Assembly (NCBI RefSeq): GCF_004010195.1
Contig: NW_025215225.1
Location: 1-64,000 of the forward strand
Length of the DNA: 64,000 bases
Direction of reading: 5' to 3'
Origin: Chiloscyllium plagiosum
Taxonomy: Eukaryota
Positions 1 through 11,083 of the stretch are shown here, in pieces. Position 1 is the stretch's first letter. Each line of letters begins with the position of its first letter. The translations under genes were made by a program, and so were the position numbers. The notes under the pieces were generated by a model that had not been told where the DNA came from, ran no database searches, and saw only the letters and a program-made list of their open reading frames with translations.

Positions 1-429
1 AAGTTCACAACCCACAAAATTAGAGACAAAGGGAAGATCAAATATCCTTGGTCCTGGTGCTATTGAAGACTGGATTAATGTTTTCCAAACTTTGGCTGTC
101 CAAGAAGGGGATTAAAGCCTGATCACTCAGGACTGTACAGCCAATAGGAGGGAAGCTAACAATTAAAAATAAAAAAGTTCAAGGTAAGCAGTGTTACTCT
201 AGAATTAGAAAAAGGTGCTCAGGCTGCTGAGACAGTGACAATGTCCCTAACTTTGGGGCAGGAGGTCTGGACTCAAGTCACACCTGCTCCAGAAAAAGCA
301 CAACATCCTGAGCAGATGCTCTTCAGCTGAAGCCAGGTGTATGGATCTGGTAAGTGTTTAACCTGGTTCCCTCATCTCAAACGTACTGCCACTCCATAAC
401 TCCCTGCATGTGGTCATAAGTGGATGAAG

Positions 430-950
430 GTAGTCAAGGCCTTGGTATGCTTGGCTTCATCAGTCAGGGCATGGGGAACAAGCTGGCAAGTCATGTTGCA
501 ACAGCATTAAAAAAATCTTTAGTCAGGTTACATTGGGAATGTTGTGCAGTAGTATTGGTTACCACACTGCAGGATGGAGACTGGAGTGCAAAGATTTACT
601 AGGATCTGCCAGATTTAAGCTAATGTGCTCGATGTTGGACAAACTTGGATTCTTTGCTGGAAGAGAGGCTGGAGGGGTGGCCTGATAAGGGAATAGATAA
701 AGGTGGATAGCAAGTGCATTCCCTTCTAGGTTGGAAAAGTCAAATCTGGGGAAAGGTTAGAGATGGGAAGGGAAGGTTTGACTTTAAAGTGAAGTATACT
801 ACTGGGATAGTGATTAACATGTTTAAGAAGCATTTAGACATGAACAGGCAGGGATTAGAGATCTAGAGCATGTACAGGCAGATGGGATTATTTTAGTGGA
901 TCATTGTTGATATAACATGGGATGAAGAGCTTATTCCTGTGCTGTTGTGT
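430..950 (+). mobile_element. Degenerate CR1/HER1-type LINE 3' fragment
   Basis: Resembles the LVRPHLEYC..FWSP..LERVQRRFTR region and 3' tail of other copies. Confidence 0.65.
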
Positions 951-975
951 AAATGAACAAAGTAGTCTAATTTGT

Positions 976-999
976 TTTAATTGTTAAATGGCATTTAAT
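976..999 (-). terminator. Candidate poly(A) signals (ATTAAA x2) of the ZP3-like gene
   Basis: ATTAAA on the minus strand at 994-999 and 976-981, about 30-55 nt after the stop codon. Confidence 0.5.
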
Positions 1000-1030
1000 C
1001 AGCTTTGACAAAAGGTCAACATAACTGGAC

Positions 1031-1122
1031 TCAAACACATCTCCTGTAGGTAGCCACTGTAAATCCAGCTACTGGGATCATTAAAGCACCCAGCAGAACA
1101 AGACTGACCAGAAAGTGTCCAT
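1031..1122 (-). CDS. ZP3-like exon 9 (transmembrane anchor, stop)
   Basis: tttttcccttacag|(D)GHFLVSLVLLGALMIPVAGFTVATYRRCV-TGA; phase matches exon 8. Confidence 0.82.
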
Positions 1123-4100
1123 CTGTAAGGGAAAAACATTAAACGTTACCAGCTTGGCATTGACAGTTCCCTGTAGGTGACAAACATCAAACTTGATCAG
1201 CTCAATCAGAAACACATCCAACATTGTAAATGGGTTACAAAGTGAGGCACAGATTCATGACCCCAGATGGGATAGGTGCTACAGGAAAACAGTGTGGCAC
1301 AGACAAGTGTTCAGTAGGCCAGAGAATTTTTGTAATAAAGAGCATCAGACTCCAGCTTAGAGTGCAATAAGAGTACAAGGAAAAAAAGTGACAGGACTAT
1401 GATGCTGACTGAACCCCTCTTAGGTAGGTTAAGGTGATGAACAACAGAAAAAAGGTAAGTGTTTTCAGAAGGCTGAGTTCAAGGCTAATGTTGAAAATTC
1501 AGTGGTGTGTCAGTTAAAGGATGTTTGGCAATTAGATTGTGGGGCTGAAGATGGTTAGAGACCGAGAGGTCAGTGTTTGAAGGAGGATGAGAATTTTATA
1601 GAATTAGGTGGGGACTAATCCATTGCTTTGCAAGTGCTTAATTGAATTGTTGAGACATTAGTACATCGCCAGGGTAAGAGGTGAACCTAGACTTTAGCTC
1701 AGGTAGTAGCACTATCAGTCCCAGCAGCTGTGTTTTGTGGTGAGGTACCTTTAACAGAGCAATTTAATACAGAGTTAAACTCTAGATCATGAGGGTTTAG
1801 ACACTGGTAAGATGCAACCTCAAAACTGAGTTACTGGAACCAAGTGCTGTTTAGTGATAATTCACAAAAAGTGTTCTTACCAGAGACAGCTTGGTGCTGT
1901 TCAGCAAAGTCTCCCACTGAAGATCCAGACTTGGCAGCACCAAAACTGTTGGGATCCACAATGACCAAGGGTCCAAGCATTGAATCAACTTCCCCTGTTG
2001 CTTGTGAGAATTCTGGGGAAGCAAAGAGACAGATGGCAAGTGGGATAAGTGGCTCAGAAGATGGAGGGCTGAAGGTCAGAGACTGATGGAGCCAGAGCCT
2101 TTTGTGGCAAGGTATTGCTGAGATGCCAGTTTGTAACAATCCTTCACTGCCAAATGGAACACTTGGCAAGCCAAAAATATTCCCTTCACTCAGATTTTTT
2201 AATCAGTGGCAGAAAAAGGGGAACTGCAGGAGCTGATCAGGTGTGATCAGCCCACTCTGCCACTCAATGGACAAAGTGTCATACTTCTGTTTGTACAGTC
2301 ATTGGAAGACAGGGTCTGTTTTCAGCCTAAGTCCATGTCAACCATAATCCCAAACTAAACTAGTCCCACCTGCCTGCTGTCACCTATTGCCCTCCAAACC
2401 TTTTCTATTCACAGAAATATCTAAAGTGTCTTTAAGTATTGTAAGTGTACCCCCATCCACCATTTCCTCAAAGTTCCTTTGACACAAACCACTCTCCTCC
2501 CTCCCATCTTTAAGATCTCTCTTCTCACCTTAGTCTGCCCCCCTAGTCTTAGGGTTAGTGGTAGTTATCTCATCCCATGTATATCCCTCATGATCTTATC
2601 AAGGGAAGGTCACCTCAGCCTCCTACACTCGAAGTCCCAGCCTTTCCTTAACCCAAACCTGGTAAATCAGAGAGAGAGAGATTACCCACTGTACCTGCTT
2701 CCCGTGATTTTCTTCTTATGGCCCTGGATGGTGATCCACATCTGAGAGTGTCACAACAGTGACAGATGGATTGGCCAGCACTCTCTCCTACTGGAGAGGC
2801 CCAGCTGTCAGTGACCAGGGACCAGCTAAAAAGACAGAAACAAAGTTAGTACATCCACACTACAGCGGAATAAACTCATGAAATGGTTACTCACGTTCGG
2901 CTGGCCCTGTGAAACCAGCAAGCCTTGTTCAGAGGGTTTGGCTGCTGCTGGAGTGCAGAAACTCGCAGGTGACAAGTAATGTAAATCTGGAAGATTAAAA
3001 AAGGTACAGATGTTAGAGCAGCATGTTATACCTGGGTCTAATGGTCCCAGTGAGGGGAGCTGCCCACCCAAACCACCACAGGGATGTTAAGTTGTTCTCC
3101 CACTTATTAGGAGAGATCACCAGTATTTCCAAATACTGGAATAGTCACGACTAGAAGCAGAATCCTGAGATGGTGGTTTGGCTTATCAAGTCTGTACCAA
3201 TTCCCTGGAGAGCATCCCATCCAGACCTGGAGCACCAGATGCTGAGGGGTCACCTTTTTAGATGTTTACAAAATCAGGGGGGCAGGGATAAGGTTAGGAG
3301 AGAAGGTCTATTCCCCAGGGTGGGGGGAAAGAACTAGAGGGCATAGGTGAGAGGGGGAAGATATATGGGAGCCTAGGGGCAACTTGAGGGTAGTGCTTGT
3401 ATGGAAGGAGCTGCCAGAGGAAGTGGTGGAGACTGGTACAATTACAGCATTTAAAAGGCATCTGGATGGGTATATGAAAAGGCAGGGTTGAGGGGATTTG
3501 GGCCAAATGAGACTAAGTTAGGATATCTAGTCAGCATGGACATGTTGGACCAAAGGGTCAGTTTTCATGCTAAACACTGACTATGCCATAAATGCATATT
3601 TTACCAAAGCTAATCCTGGCCTACACATCCCTGGACACTATGGGCAATATAGCATGGTCTGTCACCTTAACTGCACATCCCTGGACTGGGCGATGATGCC
3701 AGAGCACCAGCAGAAATGAAAACAAAAGCTCCCCACAGATGACCATCCAAGGCTAGAATCACACCCAGGTCCCTGGTGTGAGGGAACAGTTAGCCACAGC
3801 CATAATCCAGGGTCTTGGGTTGACCAGACTTCTTGGAGTCATTGGTGTCTTGCAGTTGTGTGCAAGGAGCAAGAGATGGATTCCCAAATCTATTACAGTT
3901 CGAGGCCTCCACAGGTATAGACCAGCTGTTCCAATGAGAATCAGGAAGCAGAGAGTCAAGGAGATTGGACTGTGTAGGACCCAGGATACAAGAGACTCAA
4001 CACTATTGCACCCCAAACTAGCCTTCCCTGAATCTCATTGCTGTCCATACCAAGCTGCTGGGAATCCTGTAAAAGCGGAAGGCATCCAGGACAAAGCGGA

Positions 4101-6959
4101 TTGTGTCTGGCTTCACTCTTGGATTGACAAAAGAAGAGGTTGAGGAACCAGCTTTGCTGTCCAGGAGGCATCTGAAAAAGGAGGGAGGGAATGGATGGTT
4201 AGGGGGAAAAAGACAGACAAGGATTCCACCAGCATTCCAGGCTCTACACATACCCATTGTGGTCAATGATGGTGTAACTGGAGTTGGAGCTCCATTCAGA
4301 CCCCACAGTGGCCACGCAGCGATCAATAAAGAGTTTCAGTGGTACATGGTTCAGAGTCACAACAGAGGCCTCAATGTGAATCTCATCGCCCAGGTAGTAG
4401 ATATTTGAATCTCGTTTCTCTGTCCAGTTCTCTGCAAGATGGAAAAAGGTGAGTCTCCACAAGCAGAATTACTAATATCAGCTCTTATTATCAGTCACTA
4501 GGGATTGATTCTTGGAATAAAGAGTCTCAATCTCTAACAATTAGATTGTCCCATGATGGGAGATTGAAAAGAAGGGGAAAAAAAATGTCTTTCCTTCCCT
4601 CCCCTTACTATGAACTCTGGCTGACCTTAAGATCCATTCAGATCCCAGAGAGGAGTATGGAGTACAGGAGTTGTGAGGTCATATTGCAGCTGTACAGGAC
4701 ATTGGTTAGGCCACTGTTGGAATATTACATGCAATTCTGGTCTCCTTCCTATCAGAAAGATGTTGTGAAACTTGAAAGGGTTCAGAAAAGATTTACAAGG
4801 ATGTTGCCAGGGTTGGAGAATTGGAGCTATAGGGAAGTGCTGAACAGGCTGGGGCTGTTTTCCCTGGAGTGTTGGAGGATGAGGGGTGACCTTATAGAGG
4901 TTTATAAAATCATGAGGGACATGGATAGGATAAATAGACAAGGTTTTTTCCCTGGGGTCAGGAAGTCCAGAACTAGAGGGCATAGGTTTAGGGAGAGAGA
5001 GGGGGAAGATAGGAGAGACCCAAGGGGCAACCTTTTCCACAAGAGGGTGGGGCATGTATGGAATGAGCTGCCAGAGGAAGTGGTGGAGGCTGGTACAATT
5101 GCCAAGCAGCATTTGGATGGGTATATGAATAGGAAGGGTTTGGAGGGATATGGGCCAGGTGCTGGCAGGTGGGACTAGATTGGGTTGGGATATCTGGGCA
5201 GCATGGGCGGGTTGGACCGAAGGGTCTGTTTCCATGCTGTACATCTCTATGATGTAGATTCTCTACCAAGAGATGGAGAGATGTGGGAAATTCTGGAACA
5301 TTATGAGAATGGGCAAGGATATTAACAAGGGAGTGGGTCTGTATTCTTGGATTTTTTCCAGAATGGATTAGCTCATTGAAAAAAACAGCATACAAGATAG
5401 GTACAGGAAGAATCTCTCCCCATTTTATGGGGTTCAAGAACCAGGGGACACCGTCTCCGATTAAAAGGAGACCTTTTATAGTTGAAGATAGAGGGTGGTG
5501 GAGACACTAGGGCATGATCATTCAGGACCAAGGTTGATGAATTCAGACATTAAAGAGGGGATGGTCAGGAGTAAGAGGTCAGTCATGTAGTTCGATTGGA
5601 GAGCAGTCTAGAAGTCCTGGTCTCTCTACTGCCCCCATTTCAGCAAGTGCACACAACATTGGAGGATCACCTTAAAAAGGTGAAATCAGTTCAAGGGACC
5701 CAATTGGTTACCACCTTTCACACTCCCTACACCTACCAGTCATGAGGGCAAGGAAGAATTTCAGGGAGTTGTGTCCAACATGAGTAGAGCTAAATGGCAC
5801 CCAGGTTGGTTCAATAGCTTCACCACTGACATTCCCCTTCCTAAAAAAAAGGAAAAAAATCAGATAGACAGTGGGAGGTTCATAAACAGTCAGGTAACAG
5901 GAGAACTAGGAAAGAGGGGGAAAACACAGACCTACCTGGGATAATGACACTCAATGGGAATAGTGACTGGATTGGTACGAACAATAATCTGCTTCACTGG
6001 GGGCAGGTAATGCAGGCTGGTCTTGTAAATAAGATCATCCACATCCAACTACAGGGACAGAAACAGTACCATTTAGTAAAGATCACCCACTTAGTGATTC
6101 TAACTGTAGAGGGAATAAAACATTAGGAAATCCTGAAAAAATATATTCTACATAAGTAGAATTAGAATCCATTCCAATTCTATTGTGGTTCTCCCAAGAG
6201 GAGGAGAAAGCTAGAGACTATAAAAATCAGAGTGGATTCTGGAGGGGAGTACGATGGAGGGTTTGTAGGGAGTGATCCACAACAGATAAAAGGAGGAGTG
6301 TCAAACTCAGCGCTAGAGGAAGTCACAACTTTGAGCTTGTACAAAGTTTTCCAACTAATGGGAAAAGGGAGGGGTTCTGCAGCATTGTATGAGGATGGGA
6401 AGTGTTGATGAGGAGAGTGGACCTTTATTCGTTGGCAGTTTAGAGTGAGTGATCTCACCCTTCCCCACCCCACCCACGGGCAAGGGGGCTAGAACCGATA
6501 GACAATCTTATCAAGAGATAGATATATAGAATCAACTTAGTGTCGATTTAGTTAAGGGCGTTTCCTCAGCCCCCTTCTCGGAAGAAACCAAAGCTAGCCA
6601 CTTACCGTCCTCCTGGCGCCACACTGATGCAGTGGTGTACGGAACAGCAGCGTCCCATTCCGGGGCTCCACTCGGCTGAAACTGCAGTTACCTAGTCTCA
6701 GGTGCTTGGCATTGACCAGGTAACCCGTTCCGAACAAATCCAAGGGCACAGCTACCGACATGGAGCCCTCCTCGCACCGTACGGTAACCCGGGGCTTCAC
6801 TCCTGTGGCGGCGCTAGTATGGAGCGTCAGGGCCGAACGGCCAGCCGAGGCCAGTCTATCTCCCCGTGGCCTCATACCTCTCCTACCATTCGCGGTATGG
6901 GTTGGCAGGACTAAAAGCAGCCCTAGGAACACAGTGAGTCTACACAGAAACCACATCAT
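1031..6959 (-). CDS. Zona pellucida sperm-binding protein 3-like (ZP3/ZPC family) egg-coat glycoprotein, 9 coding exons, 438 aa
   Basis: Exons 6606-6959, 5936-6048, 5737-5840, 4254-4431, 4051-4171, 2895-2986, 2695-2825, 1881-2012 and 1031-1122 all have GT-AG ends and consistent phases (1317 nt). Product: signal peptide, ZP-N (4 Cys, ..IPIECHYPR), hinge NVS..IEPTWVPF, ZP-C (IEASV..NHVPLKLFIDRCVAT, IIDHNGCLLD, DAFRF, IYITCHL, NKAC, ICHCCD), furin site RRKSR, EHP LGPLVIV, TM LVSLVLLGALMIPVAGFTV, then RRCV*. Confidence 0.93.
1881..2012 (-). CDS. ZP3-like exon 8 (external hydrophobic patch)
   Basis: cag|EFSQATGEVDSMLGPLVIVDPN...QHQAVS|gtaaga. Confidence 0.85.
2300..2665 (-). mobile_element. CR1 LINE 3' fragment (ZP3-like intron 7)
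   Basis: Reverse complement of the CR1 3' end (aaactagtcccacctg...cctcagcctcctacactc). Confidence 0.7.
2695..2825 (-). CDS. ZP3-like exon 7 (CxCC cluster, furin site)
   Basis: tag|WSLVTDSWASPVGESAGQSICHCCDTLRCGSPSRAIRRKSREA|gtacag; a second in-frame donor (gtaatc) 9 nt further would end the exon at 2686. Confidence 0.85.
2895..2986 (-). CDS. ZP3-like exon 6
   Basis: cag|IYITCHLRVSALQQQPNPLNKACWFHRASRT|gtgagt. Confidence 0.92.
3225..3582 (+). mobile_element. CR1 LINE 3' fragment
   Basis: gagctgccagaggaagtggtggag...ggatgggtatatg... CR1 3' end. Confidence 0.8.
3600..3800 (-). mobile_element. Degenerate HE1-type tRNA-derived SINE
   Basis: ctacacatccctggacactatgggcaat...cacccaggtccctgg, similar to intact copies. 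Confidence 0.65.
4051..4171 (-). CDS. ZP3-like exon 5
   Basis: cag|CLLDSKAGSSTSSFVNPRVKPDTIRFVLDAFRFYRIPSSL|gtatgg. Confidence 0.9.
4254..4431 (-). CDS. ZP3-like exon 4
   Basis: cag|ENWTEKRDSNIYYLGDEIHIEASV...CVATV...IIDHNG|gtatgt. Confidence 0.92.
4650..5255 (+). mobile_element. CR1/HER1 LINE 3' fragment (RT C-terminus), young
   Basis: ORF LYRTLVRPLLEYYMQFWSP...LERVQKRFTRMLPG...WNELP; antisense in ZP3-like intron 3. Confidence 0.92.
5737..5840 (-). CDS. ZP3-like exon 3
   Basis: polypyrimidine-tag|KGNVSGEAIEPTWVPFSSTHVGHNSLKFFLALMT|gtaggt. Confidence 0.92.
5936..6048 (-). CDS. ZP3-like exon 2
   Basis: tag|LDVDDLIYKTSLHYLPPVKQIIVRTNPVTIPIECHYPR|gtaggt. Confidence 0.92.
6606..6959 (-). CDS. 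ZP3-like exon 1 (signal peptide, ZP-N start)
   Basis: MMWFLCRLTVFLGLLLVL...VTVRCEEGSMSVAVPLDLFGTG...LHQCGARRT|gtaagt. Confidence 0.92.
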
Positions 6960-7004
6960 TGGAAAGCCTACTGATAGGATGAAGGGAGGGGGCCGAATGG
7001 TCCG

Positions 7005-7146
7005 TTTATATGGAGCATCTGTAGCCCTCCCGTTATTCGTCGTTTAGGCTCAATGCAGTTTACTCCCTCCCACAAAATACCCAGGCATTACCTGGTCAAT
7101 CACAGCATTAATTGATTGAGATTTGGAAATCCTAACTCATTCCAAT
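7005..7146 (-). promoter_or_regulatory. ZP3-like proximal promoter: TATA box, E-box, CCAAT
   Basis: TATAAA (minus) at 7005-7010, ~45 nt upstream of the ATG; CAGATG E-box at 7016-7021; CCAAT at 7142-7146. Confidence 0.6.
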
Positions 7147-7284
7147 AGGCCCTTTATTACCTCCGACGAGGAATCCCTGAGAATCTAAGGATGAAATTAC
7201 GGGCTATTATCGTGCAGTGGTAGTGTCCCTGCCTCTGAGCCAGTCCCTCTTGCTCCAAATCTGAACAGGTTAATTCAAAAATAT

Positions 7285-7390
7285 AGGCGAAAGTGAGGAC
7301 TGCTGATGAAGGGCTTTTGCCCAAAACGTTGATTTTCCTGCTCCTCCGATGCTGCCTGACCTGCTGTGCTTTTCCAGCACCACTCTGATC
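7285..7390 (+). mobile_element. Penelope-derived mini-element, family A
   Basis: ggcgaaagtgaggactg-CTGATGAAGGGC..GCCCAAAACG...gatgctgcctgacctgctg; flanked by ttaattcaaaa direct repeat. Confidence 0.8.
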
Positions 7391-7496
7391 TTAATTCAAA
7401 AGTATATTCAAACAAAAACTGTTAAGGAGGAAATTTGGAGACTCTTCCACCTCCCAAGATTTCAAGATTTCTTCATCACTCTGTGGTTAGGGATGT

Positions 7497-7752
7497 CATG
7501 TTGACTCAGTGGCTAGCACTGCAGTGCCAGGGACCTGGGTTTGATTCCACCCTCAGGTGACTGTGTGGAGTTTGCACACTCTCCCCGTGTCTGTGTGGGT
7601 TTCCTCCGCATGCTCCAGTTTCCTCCTACAGTCCAGGGAAATGCAAGGTTTTGGGGATAGGGTGGGGGGTTGGGTCTACGTGGGATGCTCTTTGGAGGGT
7701 TGGTGTAACCTGATGGGTCGAATGACCTGCTTCCATACTGCAGGGACTTTAT
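7497..7752 (+). mobile_element. HE1-type SINE
   Basis: tRNA-like head (gactcagtggctagcactgc...gggtttgattcc) and tgtgtggagtttgcac core. Confidence 0.85.
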
Positions 7753-8907
7753 GCTACTTCCTTCTACTATCACATGGAGAAATGCTTTGCCCTAGAGAGT
7801 GGGAGGAATGTGGGACTCCCTCCCTCAGGGAGTGGTTGAGGGGAATAGTGTCAATACATTGAAGTGGCCAGGGGAAGTGGTTAAATACATCAGGGAGCAG
7901 GAACAGCACAGAGCAGACGGGCCAAAGGCTTGTTCTCTCAGCTTGGTGTGCCTGAGTCACATTTTCAGCCTTGACTCCCCACTCCCACCAACATTCACAT
8001 TTGGAAAATGAAAATTGTGTGTTGCTCTGAGTTAACATTGTGCATGTATAACTAATGGTTTATCGTTTGTGATGATTATAAAGGTATCACTTGTACGTTC
8101 TCATTGCTCGACACGTTTCACAGAATCAGTGGGGACGATGGAACTGCTGGCAATGTGGGATTCGGAACACAAACAGGGCCGCCACGATCTTATTGAACAG
8201 TGGAGCAGGCTTGAGGGACTGAATGGCCTCTTCCTGTTACTAATCTGTCTCTGTCGAATTTTTACTGTCATGTGGCTCATATGATCCAAAGCTATGAAAA
8301 CAGTCATGGGATAGTTTAGTGGACGATTTGCATGGCCAATAATTATTCTGATAGTGTCAGCTGGATTAAATTTAAGTTCATTTGCTATTATTTACTGGTT
8401 CACGGTTTTGTCAAAGTCAAGTGGATTTGATAATTTGTAAAACTGTTACAGAAACAGCATGAGGCGTATAACGTGAAATTCTGGGGAAGACTGCAATGGA
8501 CAATATGTGGAAATTGATATGTACATCAGTACAGACGGATTCCATTCAGTTCTAGAGCCATCGAGCTTTACAGCATGGAAATAGACCTTTTCATCCCACT
8601 CACTCACCCTGACCAGATATCCTAAATCTTGTCCCATTTGTAAAGGAGTTGTATGAATCCAGAGGCATCCACATTGGGTTGTGGGTTTGAAGTCACATGT
8701 AGGCCAGACTGGGTAAGAACAGCAGATTTCCCTCCTTAGAGAACCAGATAGAAGTCAGGTTCAACTGAGGCAGTTGACAGGGGCAGTAGATGGTTATTTG
8801 GATAGAAATGGCACAGAGATGGGTAGAAGGGGGAAAGGTAGGAGATTGGCCTCCTGCTGCACTGTAACAATTGTGTGACTTAATGTCAATGGACAGTGAT
8901 TATGTAG

Positions 8908-9106
8908 GAGAAAGTGAGGGCTACAGATGCTGGAGATCAGAGCTGAAAATGTGTTGCTGGAAAAGCGCAGCAGGTCAGGCAGCATCCAAGGAGCAGGAGA
9001 ATCGACGTTTCGGGATTCCTGAAGAAGGGCTTATGCCCGAAACGTCGATTCTTCTGCTCCTTGGATGCTGCCTGACCTGCTGCGCTTTTCCAGCAACATA
9101 TTTTCA
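8908..9106. mobile_element. Palindromic Penelope-derived mini-element, family A, with intact hammerhead-like core
   Basis: Inverted arms; 15-bp TSD acagtgatta(t/c)gtag at 8893-8907 and 9107-9121; CTGAAGA-A-GGGC-TTAT-GCCC-GAAA-CGTC at 9019-9046. Confidence 0.88.
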
Positions 9107-9299
9107 ACAGTGATTACGTAGTCAACATTGGACAGGTTTTAATTTGCCAAATCCAATTTCACCATCTGATTTGGCAGGCCTTGAATTCACATTCCCAGAA
9201 TATTAGCCTGAGCTTTCAGAATACAGGTTCAATGACATTGCCAATGTGCCACTCCCCTCGAGGTCTTTCTATCTAGCTAATAGCCCTAACTTGCAACTT

Positions 9300-9998
9300 G
9301 TTGAAGCAGGTTGATTTGCAGAGGGACCTGGGTGTCTTGGTGTATGTATTGCAGAAGGTTGGTCTGTAGGTACAAGTAATTAGGAAGGCAAATGGAATCT
9401 TATCCTTCATTGCTAAAGGGATTGGGTTTAAAAGCAGAGAGGTTATGTTACAGGTGTACAAGGTGCTGGTGTGACCACATCTGGAGTACTGCATGCAGAT
9501 TTGGTCTCCTTAAGAAATGATGTACTGGCACTGGAGGGGGTGCAGAGGAGATTCACTAGATTGATTCCAGAATTGAGGGGGTTGCCTTATGAGGAGAGAC
9601 TGAGTATATTGGATTTTATTATTTGGAATTTAGAAGGATGAGGTGGATCTTGTAGAAACACAAAATTATGAAGGGAATTGATAAAATAGAAATAGATAGG
9701 ATGTTTCTGCTGGTTGGTGGAATTAGGACAAGAGGGTGTGGCCTTAAGATTAAAGGAAACAGGTTTAGCACTGAACTGAGAAGGAACTTCTTCACCCAGA
9801 GAGTTGTTCATCCATGGAATTCCTTACCCAGGGAAGTAGCTGACACTACTTCAGCAATTGCTTTTAAAGCCAAGGTAGATACCTTTTTGAAAAATAAATT
9901 AAGGGATATGGTGAAAATGTGGGTGAGTGGAGTGGAGTCCACAAAGTGATGGGAGTAGTGGAGCAGGCTTGAAGGGCCAGAACAGCTTACTCCTGCTC
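9300..9998 (+). mobile_element. CR1 LINE 3' fragment
   Basis: QRDLGV..LV.PHLEYC..FFTQRVV..WNSLP. Confidence 0.88.
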
Positions 9999-10224
9999 CT
10001 AGTTCTTATGTTCTAGCCTGGATAACAGCAAGACAGCATATACCCAATCAAGCCAAGCCTTACATAGCACGAGAGGTTTGCTCAGAATCCACACCATCAC
10101 CAATTGTTCAAACCAGAAGCTGCTTGACCTACTGACCATTTGCATCATTTTATTTTTATTTCCGATTTGCAGTTTTCCTTCACACACCTTGAAGCAAAGT
10201 GCCTTTTTAAAATATTAATTCCTA

Positions 10225-10975
10225 TGACATCAGCATGTTTAACAAGACCAGCATTTATCACCCTGTCCCTAGTTGCCCCCCTTGAGAAGGTGGGGGGGGG
10301 TGAGCTGCCTTCTTGACCCGCTGCAGTCCACATGCTGTAGGGTAGACCCACAATGTCCCATAGGGAGGGAATCCCAGGATTCTGACCCAGCCACACTGAA
10401 GGAACAGCAATATATATCCAAGTCAGGATGGTGAGGGGCTCGGAGGGGAACTTGCAGGGGGTGGAGTTGCCATGTATCTGCTGCCCCTTGTCCTTCTAGA
10501 TGGAAGTGGCCGTGGGTTTGGAAGGTGCTGCCTGAGGATCTTTGGTGAGTTTCTGCAGTGCATCTTGTAGATGGTACACACTTCTGCTACTGAGCGTTGC
10601 TGGGGGAGGGAGCAAGGGGGTGTTTGTGGATGTGGGGCTTAGTCCCTGGATGGTGTCAAGCTTTGAGTTGTTGGAGCTGCCCCCCTCCACGGCAAGTGGG
10701 GAGTATTCCCTCACCCTCCTGACTTGTGCCTTTTCAATGGTAGGACAGGCTTTGGGGAGTCAGGAATTTTCCCCTGGCAGTAGTGTCTTGGACCAGATGT
10801 CACTGTCTCAGCATAAAAGGGAGTCAGGTGGTGAGTTACTTCCTACAGGATTCCCAGCCTCTGATCTGCTCTTGTAGCCAGTGTTTATATGACTGATCCA
10901 GTTCAATTCCTGGTCAATGGAAAGCCCCCAGGATGTTTGTAGTGAGGGCTATGCAGTGGTGATTCCATCACAAAC
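10225..10975 (-). mobile_element. Non-LTR retrotransposon 3' fragment (non-HER1 clade)
   Basis: Minus strand encodes a YKAQVR...TIYKMHC-type RT C-terminus and ends in a gggcaactagggac..ataaatgctgg tail. Confidence 0.7.
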
Positions 10976-11077
10976 AAAGGTAGGTTGTTGGACAGTCAGG
11001 AGGATATTTGAAGAGCACAAAAGCAATTTTTTCCAAATGTAAGAACAGAGCCCACGCTCCACAAAAATTAGTAAAAC

Positions 11078-11083
11078 TTTATT
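11078..11083 (-). terminator. POLR2A: POLR2A distal poly(A) signal AATAAA
   Basis: AATAAA (minus) with an upstream TGTA motif and downstream T/GT-rich sequence; further AATAAA at 11537-11542 and 11717-11722. Confidence 0.65.

Noticed and set aside
1150..1170. 21-nt micro-exon in the last intron of the ZP3-like gene
   Set aside because: The following intron would be only ~27 nt, and reading through from that acceptor hits TAA.
4546..5178. 210-aa ORF (and similar 60-200 aa ORFs) as host genes
   Set aside because: These are CR1 or Penelope fragments, antisense shadows of real exons, or chance ORFs.
8908..9106. Fold-back elements as classical MITEs or pre-miRNAs
   Set aside because: TSDs are long and variable, arms are asymmetric, the family B sequence is attached to a GIY-YIG coding tail at 60130-60986, and the elements are multi-copy.
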